Shown one piece after another: positions 20,337 through 29,796 of a stretch of DNA of 64,000 nt (its first letter is position 1; each line of letters starts with the position of its first letter). The notes below the pieces were generated by a model. It ran no database searches. It was not told the DNA's origin and saw only the letters and a list, made by a program, of their open reading frames with translations. Location of the stretch: NCBI GenBank assembly GCA_964629655.1, contig CAZVQU010000001.1, positions 20,788-84,787 of the forward strand, written 5' to 3'. The translations under genes and the position numbers were made by a program. The DNA comes from an uncultured Planctomycetia bacterium (GTDB lineage Bacteria > Omnitrophota > Gorgyraeia > Duberdicusellales > 4484-171).

Positions 20337-21811
20337 ATTTTTTTCCTTATCTTTGCGCGTCCTTTATTTTTCAATCCGCCAATAGCCCCCTTGAGCAACA
20401 TCGAAAATAGCCATATAGATCCGTACAAAAGATTCTTAAAGGTAACTGTCCGTTTCAAAATATGACGGATAATAGCCTTTGGTTGCACATATACCTGAAA
20501 CATAGCTTTTCTCTGTAGGCGTCTGAGAGTGGCGCTATCTAATCCGTCAGGACAATAAACAAGATCGCCGCCAGCCGATGTCCAATCACACCAGCTGGTA
20601 AATTTCTCCGGTTCACCTATATCATTATTTTTAATGTAATCTTCAAAGAATTTAGACCCTGGATAAGGAACAGCTATGTTAAATTTTACTATATCGCATT
20701 CTAAATCCTTAGCAAATTTTATTGTATCATTGCAGGTATCCACAGTTTCTCCCGGAAGACCAAGCATAAACAAGCCCAAACTTAATATTCCCGCTTTTTT
20801 TGTTTCCCGCAAAGCCGTCCTCGCTTGATCCAATGTCGTTCCTTTATTAATGCTTTTAAGAATCTTCTCATTGCCAACTTCTATGCCATACATAATAAGA
20901 TGCAAACCTGCTTCTTTCATTGCTCTTAATAACTTTGGAGTTACTTTATCAACCCTTGTTTCTGTGCACCAGTTAAGTTTTTTATGTAGTTTGCGCTTTA
21001 TCAAGATATCGCAAAATTCTAATCCGGATTTCTCGTCAAAAGGGAAATAGGCATCGGATAGACCAAAATATTTTATATTAAGATTTTCAAAGAAATACTC
21101 CATTTCGTCAACAACCTTGTTTAAATTCCGATAGCGCATCTTGGGATATACCTTATCCTGTGAGCAATAATAACATTTGTAGGCGCAGCCTCGCGATGCC
21201 ATTATTGGTACTGCCCGGGCTTTAGTTATCGCTGCCAACGGAACTTCCCTGTAATCATCTAAATTTAGCATGTCCCAAGCGGGAAAGCTTAAACTATCAA
21301 GGTTCTCGATAATTTCACGCCGGGGATTGTGTCTTATTCCGTTTGCGGTACGGAAACTAATTCCAGATATCTCTTCTAAACTCCCGCCGTGGATAAGGCA
21401 AGTGCTCAGTTCCAGCATAGCGATCTCTCCCTCTCCCCTTACAACAATATCCGCTGTATTATCGCTAAGTACTTCTTCAGGAAAACAAGTAGCATGAGTG
21501 TTGCCTAACACAATTCTGCTATCGATCTTTGAGTCACGCATCTGCCGAACTAACCTTCTTATATCCGGCATAACCGGAGTAAGTGCGGAAAATCCCACTA
21601 TAACCGGTTTCTCCTTTTTAATTAAGTCTATAAGCTCATCGTCAGTAGTTTTTCTCGCGAACTGGTCGACAACCGAAACCTTTACGCCGTTACTTCGCAA
21701 GGTAGCGGCAATATAACATAAACCAAGTGGCGCAATAGGAGTGAGAAACTTTTTATATCCCCAGCTATTTTCTATTAAACTCGAATTAGGATTTATTAAA
21801 AGGACTTCCAT
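20333..21811 (-). CDS. B12-binding radical SAM protein
   Basis: PLGLCYIAA, VRGEGE, SRGCAYKCYYC, YGIEVG, MLGLPGET. Confidence 0.93.
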   Translation of the reverse strand: MEVLLINPNSSLIENSWGYKKFLTPIAPLGLCYIAATLRSNGVKVSVVDQFARKTTDDELIDLIKKEKPVIVGFSALTPVMPDIRRLVRQMRDSKIDSRIVLGNTHATCFPEEVLSDNTADIVVRGEGEIAMLELSTCLIHGGSLEEISGISFRTANGIRHNPRREIIENLDSLSFPAWDMLNLDDYREVPLAAITKARAVPIMASRGCAYKCYYCSQDKVYPKMRYRNLNKVVDEMEYFFENLNIKYFGLSDAYFPFDEKSGLEFCDILIKRKLHKKLNWCTETRVDKVTPKLLRAMKEAGLHLIMYGIEVGNEKILKSINKGTTLDQARTALRETKKAGILSLGLFMLGLPGETVDTCNDTIKFAKDLECDIVKFNIAVPYPGSKFFEDYIKNNDIGEPEKFTSWCDWTSAGGDLVYCPDGLDSATLRRLQRKAMFQVYVQPKAIIRHILKRTVTFKNLLYGSIWLFSMLLKGAIGGLKNKGRAKIRKKI

Positions 21812-21820
21812 CTGGTTTCC

Positions 21821-22876
21821 TTAAGCCTCTTCAAGAACTTTACTAACTTCCTTTAGCAAATATTCTTTCTTTTTTTCATCAATTGAAATTCTTTTATCAT
21901 CTACGTAAAATACATTTTTAGTAGTATAAATTCTTAATAACGATTTAATATGTTTTTCTCTTGAAAGTACTTTAAAAATCTCTTTGGGGTATAAGAAATG
22001 TAAATATTTAAAACTGTTTCTAATGACCGCTTCTGACAATAATCCTAATAAAATTCTAATAAGGGAAGAATACTTACTTTCTAATACTGAAGTGTTTATC
22101 AATCTAAGGCAATTTCCCTTACAGTTTTTCTGAGAATAAGCTGTCACACAATTGACAACCCACTGGGTAGGCTTGGTCCTGCCGGCTATTTTTAAAAAAT
22201 CAACGCCAAGTCTTTCGTATGTTTCTATTTTATTTGGATGGATAAAGCCGGTTCTTCTAACTATTGAAGAGGGGTCGTCTAATTTTAATTTTAAACATTT
22301 TACTATTTCTTTTCCAAAATAATCTGTCTTCTTGAGGTGTTCTTCTTCGTAAGGGCAATTCACTAAGCAAATGTTATTCGCCAGAATCTTTATCTGCAAT
22401 CCTGTCTTCTTTCTCAAAAGCTCAATGAAGTTAAGGTCGTTCTTCTTGCCATAATCTACGCAAAGGATGTCACAGCCTAGGTTCTTATAGAACATTGCTC
22501 TTTCAATAGAATCAATCCTGCAAGCAATGGAACTGCAGATTTTAAACCGATGATTTTTCTTTAAAAATGAAATTACATCCGGATTAGAAGCAGTTACCAT
22601 ATCTACGCTTATTCCACTGAGCTCTTTTAAAAAAGCAATCCTTCTTCCATCTAAGGTGAAGTTTGGATGGTTCATTATATAATTAAATTTAATACCCCGG
22701 GCATGGGAATATTCTATATATTTCTTCAATCTTTCCATACTAACCTTAGGCAAAGCATAAGAAGGCAAGACAGTCTCGCCGGGGTCGTGATTTAAACTGC
22801 CATATGTATCGTGGATTCTGCCTTTTAATCTGTCGATAAGTTCAAAATTGAAATTTGTAGGTGCTGATATCTGCAT
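21821..22876 (-). CDS. U32-family protein (divergent)
   Basis: FNYIMN, SSIAC, NNICLVNCP, FIHP, LKIAGRT. Confidence 0.8.
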   Translation of the reverse strand: MQISAPTNFNFELIDRLKGRIHDTYGSLNHDPGETVLPSYALPKVSMERLKKYIEYSHARGIKFNYIMNHPNFTLDGRRIAFLKELSGISVDMVTASNPDVISFLKKNHRFKICSSIACRIDSIERAMFYKNLGCDILCVDYGKKNDLNFIELLRKKTGLQIKILANNICLVNCPYEEEHLKKTDYFGKEIVKCLKLKLDDPSSIVRRTGFIHPNKIETYERLGVDFLKIAGRTKPTQWVVNCVTAYSQKNCKGNCLRLINTSVLESKYSSLIRILLGLLSEAVIRNSFKYLHFLYPKEIFKVLSREKHIKSLLRIYTTKNVFYVDDKRISIDEKKKEYLLKEVSKVLEEA

Positions 22877-22913
22877 TTTTATACTACAACTGTGTCTTTT
22901 TGATTAAATAATA

Positions 22914-24503
22914 TTATCCATCCAGCAATTTCTCTATACAACTTAGCACTTCTGTATTTTTTTCTTTCGCATAGTCTTTTTTCAACAATAGCCACCCGTC
23001 TTCAAAGGCAACAACGCCATAGCTATCCTGTATTATAGCATGTTTTAATTTCGAATAATACTTTGTTTCGCTTAAATTGTAATAAGAATGAGTATATAAA
23101 TCGACAAATATGTAATCCCATTCGTAGTATTTCTCTATAACATGTTTATCAAATAGCCCAAAATACTTGCACCTGCCTAAATGCGGTACCAAAAATTCTG
23201 GAGCTAGACAACTTGCCTGATCAGGAATCATTTTTAGAAACTTATGCCCAATCCGGGCATGTTTAGTTAACTTATAATCTTTGAAACTAAAGCCCTGGGT
23301 AAATGGTAAAGGCCCTAAGTTTTCAGAAAAATTACTTTTTGGCTGAACATAGTAATGCTGAAGCAAGACTGGGACCAAGATAAACGTGGCTAATAGATTA
23401 TGAAGTAACTTTCTGCTATTTTTATATTTAAAAAAAGCTTTATCTATAAAATCGATAATCCTTCCCGCCCCATATATGGCACCTGCAAAGACAAAAGCCA
23501 AGATTAAGAAATGTCCTGAGGAATGTTGGTTTCTAAGGAGAATATAGCCCGCCTCGGCAATAACTGGTAGAAGATACAGAGGGCTAAAGAAAACAAAGAT
23601 ATTAGGCAAACGAGAAAAAATGTAAATTAACATATTGCCCTCATTGAACATATTCTTCATAATCAATATGGGATGGAACAAGGCATATCGCAAAGCATCA
23701 ATTAGGCTATCTCCATACTGTACAAAATGGACCATGCCTACCGGAAAAGGCCTGTTAATTAGCTTAAGGTAAACAGAACATGCGGTTATTGCAATTATCA
23801 ACCAGATAAGGCTAATTTTTAATATCGCTTTTCCGTATCTTTTTCTCTCTTTAGAAAAAAGAAGAATTATACCTAAAACTAGAGTCATCAGCACAGCATC
23901 AATTTTAGATAGATTGGCCAAAATAATAAAAATAATGAATTTCTTAAAATCTCCCTTTTCGAGATAATAAAAAGCGAACAAGAGAAATGGTAAAGCTAAA
24001 GCAAGGGGTATGTATCCAAGCACTGCGCCTGTGGTTACGATTGGATGCAACAAATATGCAAGAGAGAATGTAACTGCCAGATAAGCACTATCCAGGCGTT
24101 TTTTTGTAAGTAGATACACGGGTAAAGCCCCGCTTGCTAAAAAAACGCTCTGAAAAACAAGCAATGCCTCCGGCCGGGGAAAAAGCCTATAAATAAAGGC
24201 AAGGAGGTAATTGAGGGGGGCAAAGAAATGAGAAACAGCTGGATATTCCGGCAGTATATACATTTCAGAAAAACTTCTAAATTCGGTTATCTTTAGATAC
24301 GCGTATGGATATGAATATCCAAAAGAATTAGCAGAAAAACTTCTAAATTTAAAAATATTGACAAAACCGAATGAAACAACAAAAATTGTAATCGCCATTA
24401 GAATAAAAATCAATAAATAATCTCTATTCCTATAACGGATTATACTGTTTATTCTGGAATCGGCTGGATGCTTAGATTCAGATTTTCCACACATTCCAAT
24501 CAT
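22914..24503 (-). CDS. DUF2079-like (GT-C-like) membrane protein
   Basis: Core identical to 16921..19161; different N-terminus (HFFAPL) and no C-terminal fusion. Confidence 0.75.
   Translation of the reverse strand: MIGMCGKSESKHPADSRINSIIRYRNRDYLLIFILMAITIFVVSFGFVNIFKFRSFSANSFGYSYPYAYLKITEFRSFSEMYILPEYPAVSHFFAPLNYLLAFIYRLFPRPEALLVFQSVFLASGALPVYLLTKKRLDSAYLAVTFSLAYLLHPIVTTGAVLGYIPLALALPFLLFAFYYLEKGDFKKFIIFIILANLSKIDAVLMTLVLGIILLFSKERKRYGKAILKISLIWLIIAITACSVYLKLINRPFPVGMVHFVQYGDSLIDALRYALFHPILIMKNMFNEGNMLIYIFSRLPNIFVFFSPLYLLPVIAEAGYILLRNQHSSGHFLILAFVFAGAIYGAGRIIDFIDKAFFKYKNSRKLLHNLLATFILVPVLLQHYYVQPKSNFSENLGPLPFTQGFSFKDYKLTKHARIGHKFLKMIPDQASCLAPEFLVPHLGRCKYFGLFDKHVIEKYYEWDYIFVDLYTHSYYNLSETKYYSKLKHAIIQDSYGVVAFEDGWLLLKKDYAKEKNTEVLSCIEKLLDG
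22971..24218. repeat. 1248-bp direct repeat copy 2
   Basis: Matches 17641..18888. Confidence 0.95.
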
Positions 24504-24513
24504 TTTATTGCCT

Positions 24514-25317
24514 TCACTTTTTACTCAACAAATAATTATGGATAGTTTCTAGTTTATAATTATTTTTGTTACACCATGCTAAGTAATTACCTAAAATATT
24601 TAACATTTTGCGTCCAGTATTATATGTTAGGCTGCGAGGTAAATTAAAAATTGACTTATTGTCAATATCAGCAAAATCCCACGAATGAAAATAAATATTA
24701 GCATAATCTCCTGCTAGAAATACCCAAGATGTGCAAAATTTAGCATAATGTAGTCCAAATGTACGAAACCAAATCCATGAAAAAGGTAACTTTAAAATTG
24801 GGGCAACTGAGATAGGTACATTTATAATTCCATCTTTGAGCTTTATTCTCCTAGATTTGAAAAAATTACAATACCTGCCGGGGACATAGGTAGGGTGGCA
24901 GCTGTTGTCATACTCAAAACCCGCTTCATGCGTAACGGCGGAAGGCAAAATTACCAATTTATGATTTTTAAAACCATAAATTTTTGTTTTTAAATTATTC
25001 TCTACTTTTTCTTTAGCATATTTAATCGTCTCGATAGTTTGCTTAGTGTCACTGCTGTTTTTACGGCTTATACATCCATGAAGCCCTATTTCATGTCCCT
25101 CGGCAACCAATTGCTTTAATAAGTCAGGGTAAACTTCGGCTATTTTCTTAGTAACAAAAAAAGTCATTTTAATCTGCCGGCCCCTGATTAATGTAAGTAA
25201 CCTCTGCGCCCCATCGTAAGCCTTTTCCAGCATTAACTCATTCGGTATACTCTTTTTGAAATCCAACGGGAGATTAAACTCCTCAAAATCACACACTAAT
25301 GATAATATTTTCATCAT
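24514..25317 (-). CDS. Polysaccharide deacetylase family protein
   Basis: CDFEE, MTFFV, GHEIGLHG, YFHSWDF (NodB-like motifs). Confidence 0.88.
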   Translation of the reverse strand: MMKILSLVCDFEEFNLPLDFKKSIPNELMLEKAYDGAQRLLTLIRGRQIKMTFFVTKKIAEVYPDLLKQLVAEGHEIGLHGCISRKNSSDTKQTIETIKYAKEKVENNLKTKIYGFKNHKLVILPSAVTHEAGFEYDNSCHPTYVPGRYCNFFKSRRIKLKDGIINVPISVAPILKLPFSWIWFRTFGLHYAKFCTSWVFLAGDYANIYFHSWDFADIDNKSIFNLPRSLTYNTGRKMLNILGNYLAWCNKNNYKLETIHNYLLSKK

Positions 25318-25417
25318 TTTTTAGTTCAATATTATATCTTGTAATTTCACTCAGCATATACATAGAAAAAATTGGAATCTAATAAATCGAAATTAGCCAA
25401 AGTATCTAATTCCTTCA

Positions 25418-26833
25418 CTATCTATTTTGTATATATCGCATCAATATAATCATTCCTTTAAAAAATTCTAAAAGCACTTTTACATTTGTGGATCTTCTCA
25501 AAAAGTTAATTACTATTCTGGGCCTAAAATAAAATTCTTTCAGCATTTTCTTGGCAGCATATAATAATTTTTCTTCATTTAAATGGGTAGAAGCAAACAT
25601 TGGAAAAGCACCATTAAATTTTTGCCAATCTTGGTAAAAATTGCCAACCTTTTTTATATTTTTATATATGGGTGATCCCGGATATGGAGTAAAGAAATTC
25701 ACTTTGATATTATCTAATTTGGTTTTTTTAATAAATACCATTGTCTCTTTAATCGTATCTTCTGTTTCAGAAGGGATCCCTATCATAAAATATCCCATAA
25801 TATTAAACCCAATCCTGCTCACTAAATTAATTGCTTCTTTAATTGTCTCTAGCTGGATACCCTTGTTCAAAATATTTAACATTCTCTGGGAACCACTTTC
25901 TATCCCGATGCAAATTTGCCAACAGCCTGCCTTTTTCATCTCTAAAAGAATATCTTTATCAATACTGTCTGCCCTGACCATGCAAACCCAGCTTACTTTC
26001 AATTTTTCATCTCTTATCATTTTACAAAATTGGAACATTCTCTCTTTAGAAAAAACGAAATCTGGATCATTAAACACAATCTCTCTGATATTATAATAAT
26101 GCTGCAGATGCTTTATTGAATCTATAATATAAGCTGGGCTATGAGATCTTACTTTTTTACCAGAAACAGTTTTACTGCAACAAAAAATACAATTCCCAAC
26201 ACATCCTCGCGAAGTTACAAGGTGAGCAACGGGAAACCTATGAAAACTTGATAAATTTGGAGCATAATGTGAAAAATCTGGCAGCAAATCCCATGCAGGC
26301 ATAGGTAGTGTATCTAATTCATCTATTAATGCAGGCGGTGAGGCAACAACCAAATTATTTTCTTCCCTGAATATAATTCCTTCAATTTTTCTTAAATCCA
26401 TCTTCTCTGCATGAGCTCGCAGCAAACGGACAATAGTCTTCTCTCCTTCCCCAATCACTCCTATATCAAAACCTTTAAAACGCTGCATTGTTATTTCCGG
26501 CAATGCGGATAAATGGACACCCCCGAGAATAATAACTATCCGGGAATTGTATTGTTTAATTGACATAGCTAATTCTCCTGCGCTAATAATAGAACAGGTA
26601 GTAGCAGTGATTCCGACATATTCTGGAGAATCAATCATAATTTGTTCCAATATCTTATTAATGCCTAAATGTAGGGCTGGCGCATCGATAATTTTAGTTT
26701 CAAAACCTGCTTGGCGAGTAACAGCTGCCAAATAACAAAGGTTATTAGGTTGCAATCCATGCAACACTCCTCCTAAAATACCGTATCTTTGATAAGAAGT
26801 TAGTGGCGGATTTATAAAAACTATTTTTGCCAT
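25418..26833 (-). CDS. B12-binding radical SAM protein
   Basis: LGGVH, GEGE, SRGCVGNCIFC, GIESGS, TPYPGS. Confidence 0.93.
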   Translation of the reverse strand: MAKIVFINPPLTSYQRYGILGGVLHGLQPNNLCYLAAVTRQAGFETKIIDAPALHLGINKILEQIMIDSPEYVGITATTCSIISAGELAMSIKQYNSRIVIILGGVHLSALPEITMQRFKGFDIGVIGEGEKTIVRLLRAHAEKMDLRKIEGIIFREENNLVVASPPALIDELDTLPMPAWDLLPDFSHYAPNLSSFHRFPVAHLVTSRGCVGNCIFCCSKTVSGKKVRSHSPAYIIDSIKHLQHYYNIREIVFNDPDFVFSKERMFQFCKMIRDEKLKVSWVCMVRADSIDKDILLEMKKAGCWQICIGIESGSQRMLNILNKGIQLETIKEAINLVSRIGFNIMGYFMIGIPSETEDTIKETMVFIKKTKLDNIKVNFFTPYPGSPIYKNIKKVGNFYQDWQKFNGAFPMFASTHLNEEKLLYAAKKMLKEFYFRPRIVINFLRRSTNVKVLLEFFKGMIILMRYIQNR

Positions 26834-26853
26834 ATATTTTTTCTTAATCGAAG

Positions 26854-28359
26854 CTAAATATATTTAAATAAAAGATTTTTAAATTTAATCTTCAATAGTC
26901 CCGTCATAAAGCAAACATAACGGATATAATATCTTTTTCGCGAGATGTCCAACCGGTCCTTTGTTAACATGGTAAGTGGAACCTCGATAACTGCCGGGCT
27001 AAACAAAGGTAAAAAACGGTATAGCTTTTTATTAATAAACCAATTATAAAACGTCGGAGGTAAAAAATGCAATATCAGCAATAGCCAATGGTACTTTATT
27101 TTATTTCTTGAATGAACCTCATTCTGCGATGTATTAGCCACCCTACAAGGATTTTTCTCTAACTTATTAATAAGCTTATTGGTCAAAATTCCTTCTTTAA
27201 GCCCTGAGTTAACAATTGGGGTTTTGGGAAAATATATCAACCAAAAAATACAAATTCTATTCGGCCTATTCTTATTGTAAAATTTCGCCATTTCTATTAA
27301 ATCCTTTTCGGTTTCTTGGGGCAATCCAATAATATTATCTACAACACAGCGAATTTTATATCTTTTGCATAAATTTATTGCCTCTCTTACTTGACTATTA
27401 TCATCTTTTCTATTGAGAATTTTCTCTCTTAAAAAGGGGCTTGTGCTTTGAACACCTAAGCATAACTGATAGCATTTGATATCTTTTAAACATCTCACTA
27501 CATTCTCGTTGATAGTACTTGGTGAGCCAAAACAATACATGGGCACATCTATATATTTTTTATACTCTTTGGAGAATTCTTTTAACCACTTTTCATTATA
27601 CGTAAAAAGATCGTCATTGATGCGTAAACGTTTAAAATTATATTTTTCTTTTGCCTGTTTTAGCTCTTGAATGGTGTTTTCTACACTCCTAAAACGCAAC
27701 TTCTTCTGGTTGGGGTAAAGTTTTTGCCATATGCTGTTATGACAATAGGCGCAGCTATTTATGCATCCTCTTCTTGTTATCATTGTGTAACCATTCTTGT
27801 ACCCTGGGATAACTTCATAATATAATTCTTTATCAGGAAACGGCAATATATCCAAATTCTCAATATACGGTCTCAATCGATTTTTAACAATTTGTCCGTC
27901 ACGCCTAAACCAGACATTCTTAATAGAGTAATCCAAACTTTTTTTCTCAAGACTCCTTGTTAATTCCAAAAGTGGATACTCTCCCTCCCCTATAATTACC
28001 GAATCTACGCAATCATTTCCTAGCACCTCTTCTGGCACAGAAGTAGGGTGAATACCGCCAAATGTAATATGGATCATGGGGAAATGCTGCTTAATCTTCT
28101 CGGCAACTCTCACTGCCCATATGTATTCGGAACTAACTACAGAAAAAGCTACTACATCCGGATGATAATCGATAATTTGTTTTAAAATAATCTTTTCGTA
28201 ATTAAAAAATTGACTGATGTACTTAATATTGATAAACGGGTCGTTAAATAGTTTAGGATCAAAAGCTAATCGGGTCGAATATCCATGCAGCTTTAAAACG
28301 GCTGATAGATATTCAATACCTAAATTCTCAAATGCACCATATACAAACATTATTTTCAT
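26854..28359 (-). CDS. B12-binding radical SAM protein
   Basis: LGIEYLSAVLK, GGIHPT, GEGE, RRGCINSCAYC. Confidence 0.93.
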   Translation of the reverse strand: MKIMFVYGAFENLGIEYLSAVLKLHGYSTRLAFDPKLFNDPFINIKYISQFFNYEKIILKQIIDYHPDVVAFSVVSSEYIWAVRVAEKIKQHFPMIHITFGGIHPTSVPEEVLGNDCVDSVIIGEGEYPLLELTRSLEKKSLDYSIKNVWFRRDGQIVKNRLRPYIENLDILPFPDKELYYEVIPGYKNGYTMITRRGCINSCAYCHNSIWQKLYPNQKKLRFRSVENTIQELKQAKEKYNFKRLRINDDLFTYNEKWLKEFSKEYKKYIDVPMYCFGSPSTINENVVRCLKDIKCYQLCLGVQSTSPFLREKILNRKDDNSQVREAINLCKRYKIRCVVDNIIGLPQETEKDLIEMAKFYNKNRPNRICIFWLIYFPKTPIVNSGLKEGILTNKLINKLEKNPCRVANTSQNEVHSRNKIKYHWLLLILHFLPPTFYNWFINKKLYRFLPLFSPAVIEVPLTMLTKDRLDISRKRYYIRYVCFMTGLLKIKFKNLLFKYI

Positions 28360-28367
28360 TTTTTAAA

Positions 28368-29789
28368 TCAGTTATTTTTTAAATCGCTTTTAACCCTGCA
28401 CAAACCAACGGCACTCTTTATATATCTCTTAAATTCACGAAAAGATTTTATGCCAAAACTAATCTTTGCCAAACGGGAAGGCCTGAAGTAGAATTTGCGA
28501 TAAGCTTCGATTGTGCAGCGTTCAATCGCTTTGTCAGAAACATCTGTCCAGGGAGTTGGAAGACGCTCTTCATCTGCTGTTCCTAAAATATACTCCTTCC
28601 AGTAATCTCTGCCTGTGATTTTCTTTACCGAGTCATACAAAACTGTTGTTGGCTTGGCTATAGTCTTATGAAATTGTGCATAGTCTAAATTTAGTTCCGA
28701 AGCAAAACTAATAGTATCTTTTATGGTATCCATGGTATCTCCCGGCGCACCTATAAGAAAAAAACCCAAAGTTAAAATTCGTTTCTTCTTGGTTAAACTG
28801 ACAATTTCTCTAATCCTCTCCAGCGTTATACCCTTGCTTGCATTATTCAAAATATTTTGATTCCCAGACTCTACGCCATAATAGATTCTGGCACAGCCCG
28901 CACTTTTCATCTCATTTAATAATTCTTCATCTATTTGATCAACTCTTGCCCTACAAGCCCAAGATACATCAATTCTTCTTTTTCTTATCGCTTTACAGAT
29001 CTCAATTATCCGTTTTTTGTCAAAAGTAAAAACGGGATCAAAAAATTCTATTTCGCGTATATTGAATTTTCTAAAACACTGCTCAATTTCATCAACAACA
29101 CCCTCTGCCTTCCTGGCAGAATAAGGTATGTTTTTCATGTGACAGAATTCACACTTACCTGGACAACCCTTGGAAGTAATCATTATCGTGAAGTTCTTTC
29201 TTTTAGACATAACTGTGTAATACTTATGATTAGGCAATAGCTGCCTGGCAGGAAAAGGCAAAGTGTCAAAATCTTCTTTTAATGTATCGGGAGGATTAAT
29301 AAAAATCTCTTCCCCGCGCTTATAGCAAATTCCTTTAATCTTGGCAATATCCATTTTTTGTTCTATTGCAAGCAATAACTCCGGAAGAGACTGCTGGGCA
29401 GAACCAATAATCCCGTACTCTATTTCTTTATGCATCATTACTTCTTTAGGGTAGAGTTCTAGCAAAACATTTCCTACAATAATTGTTAAATTTGTATGCT
29501 GTTTTAAAAACTTTATCCACTCTAAAGTCTGACGAAACATATACACCGTGAGCATAAAACCCAGCATATCCGGTTTAAAACTATTGATCCGTCTTAATAC
29601 CTGTTGTTTTGATAGTCTCGGTTGGCAATTAGCGTCTATTATTACTGCTTGATGCCCTGCTTTTTGAGCAATGGCAGCAGCATACGCTAACCCTAAAGGG
29701 GGAGGCTGTGTAAACTCTCTGCTTACAACATCTATATCTTCCTCAAACCTTTTGTGGTCAAAAGGGGGGAAAATAAAGGCAATTTTCAT
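28368..29789 (-). CDS. B12-binding radical SAM protein
   Basis: PPLGLAYAAA, SKGCPGKCEFC, YGVESG. Confidence 0.93.
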   Translation of the reverse strand: MKIAFIFPPFDHKRFEEDIDVVSREFTQPPPLGLAYAAAIAQKAGHQAVIIDANCQPRLSKQQVLRRINSFKPDMLGFMLTVYMFRQTLEWIKFLKQHTNLTIIVGNVLLELYPKEVMMHKEIEYGIIGSAQQSLPELLLAIEQKMDIAKIKGICYKRGEEIFINPPDTLKEDFDTLPFPARQLLPNHKYYTVMSKRKNFTIMITSKGCPGKCEFCHMKNIPYSARKAEGVVDEIEQCFRKFNIREIEFFDPVFTFDKKRIIEICKAIRKRRIDVSWACRARVDQIDEELLNEMKSAGCARIYYGVESGNQNILNNASKGITLERIREIVSLTKKKRILTLGFFLIGAPGDTMDTIKDTISFASELNLDYAQFHKTIAKPTTVLYDSVKKITGRDYWKEYILGTADEERLPTPWTDVSDKAIERCTIEAYRKFYFRPSRLAKISFGIKSFREFKRYIKSAVGLCRVKSDLKNN

Positions 29790-29796
29790 AATTTTG

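Noticed and set aside
19158-22876. U32 proteins as collagenase-like proteases processing the RiPP
   Set aside because: No signal peptides, conserved Fe-S-type cysteines, and characterised family members are hydroxylation factors.
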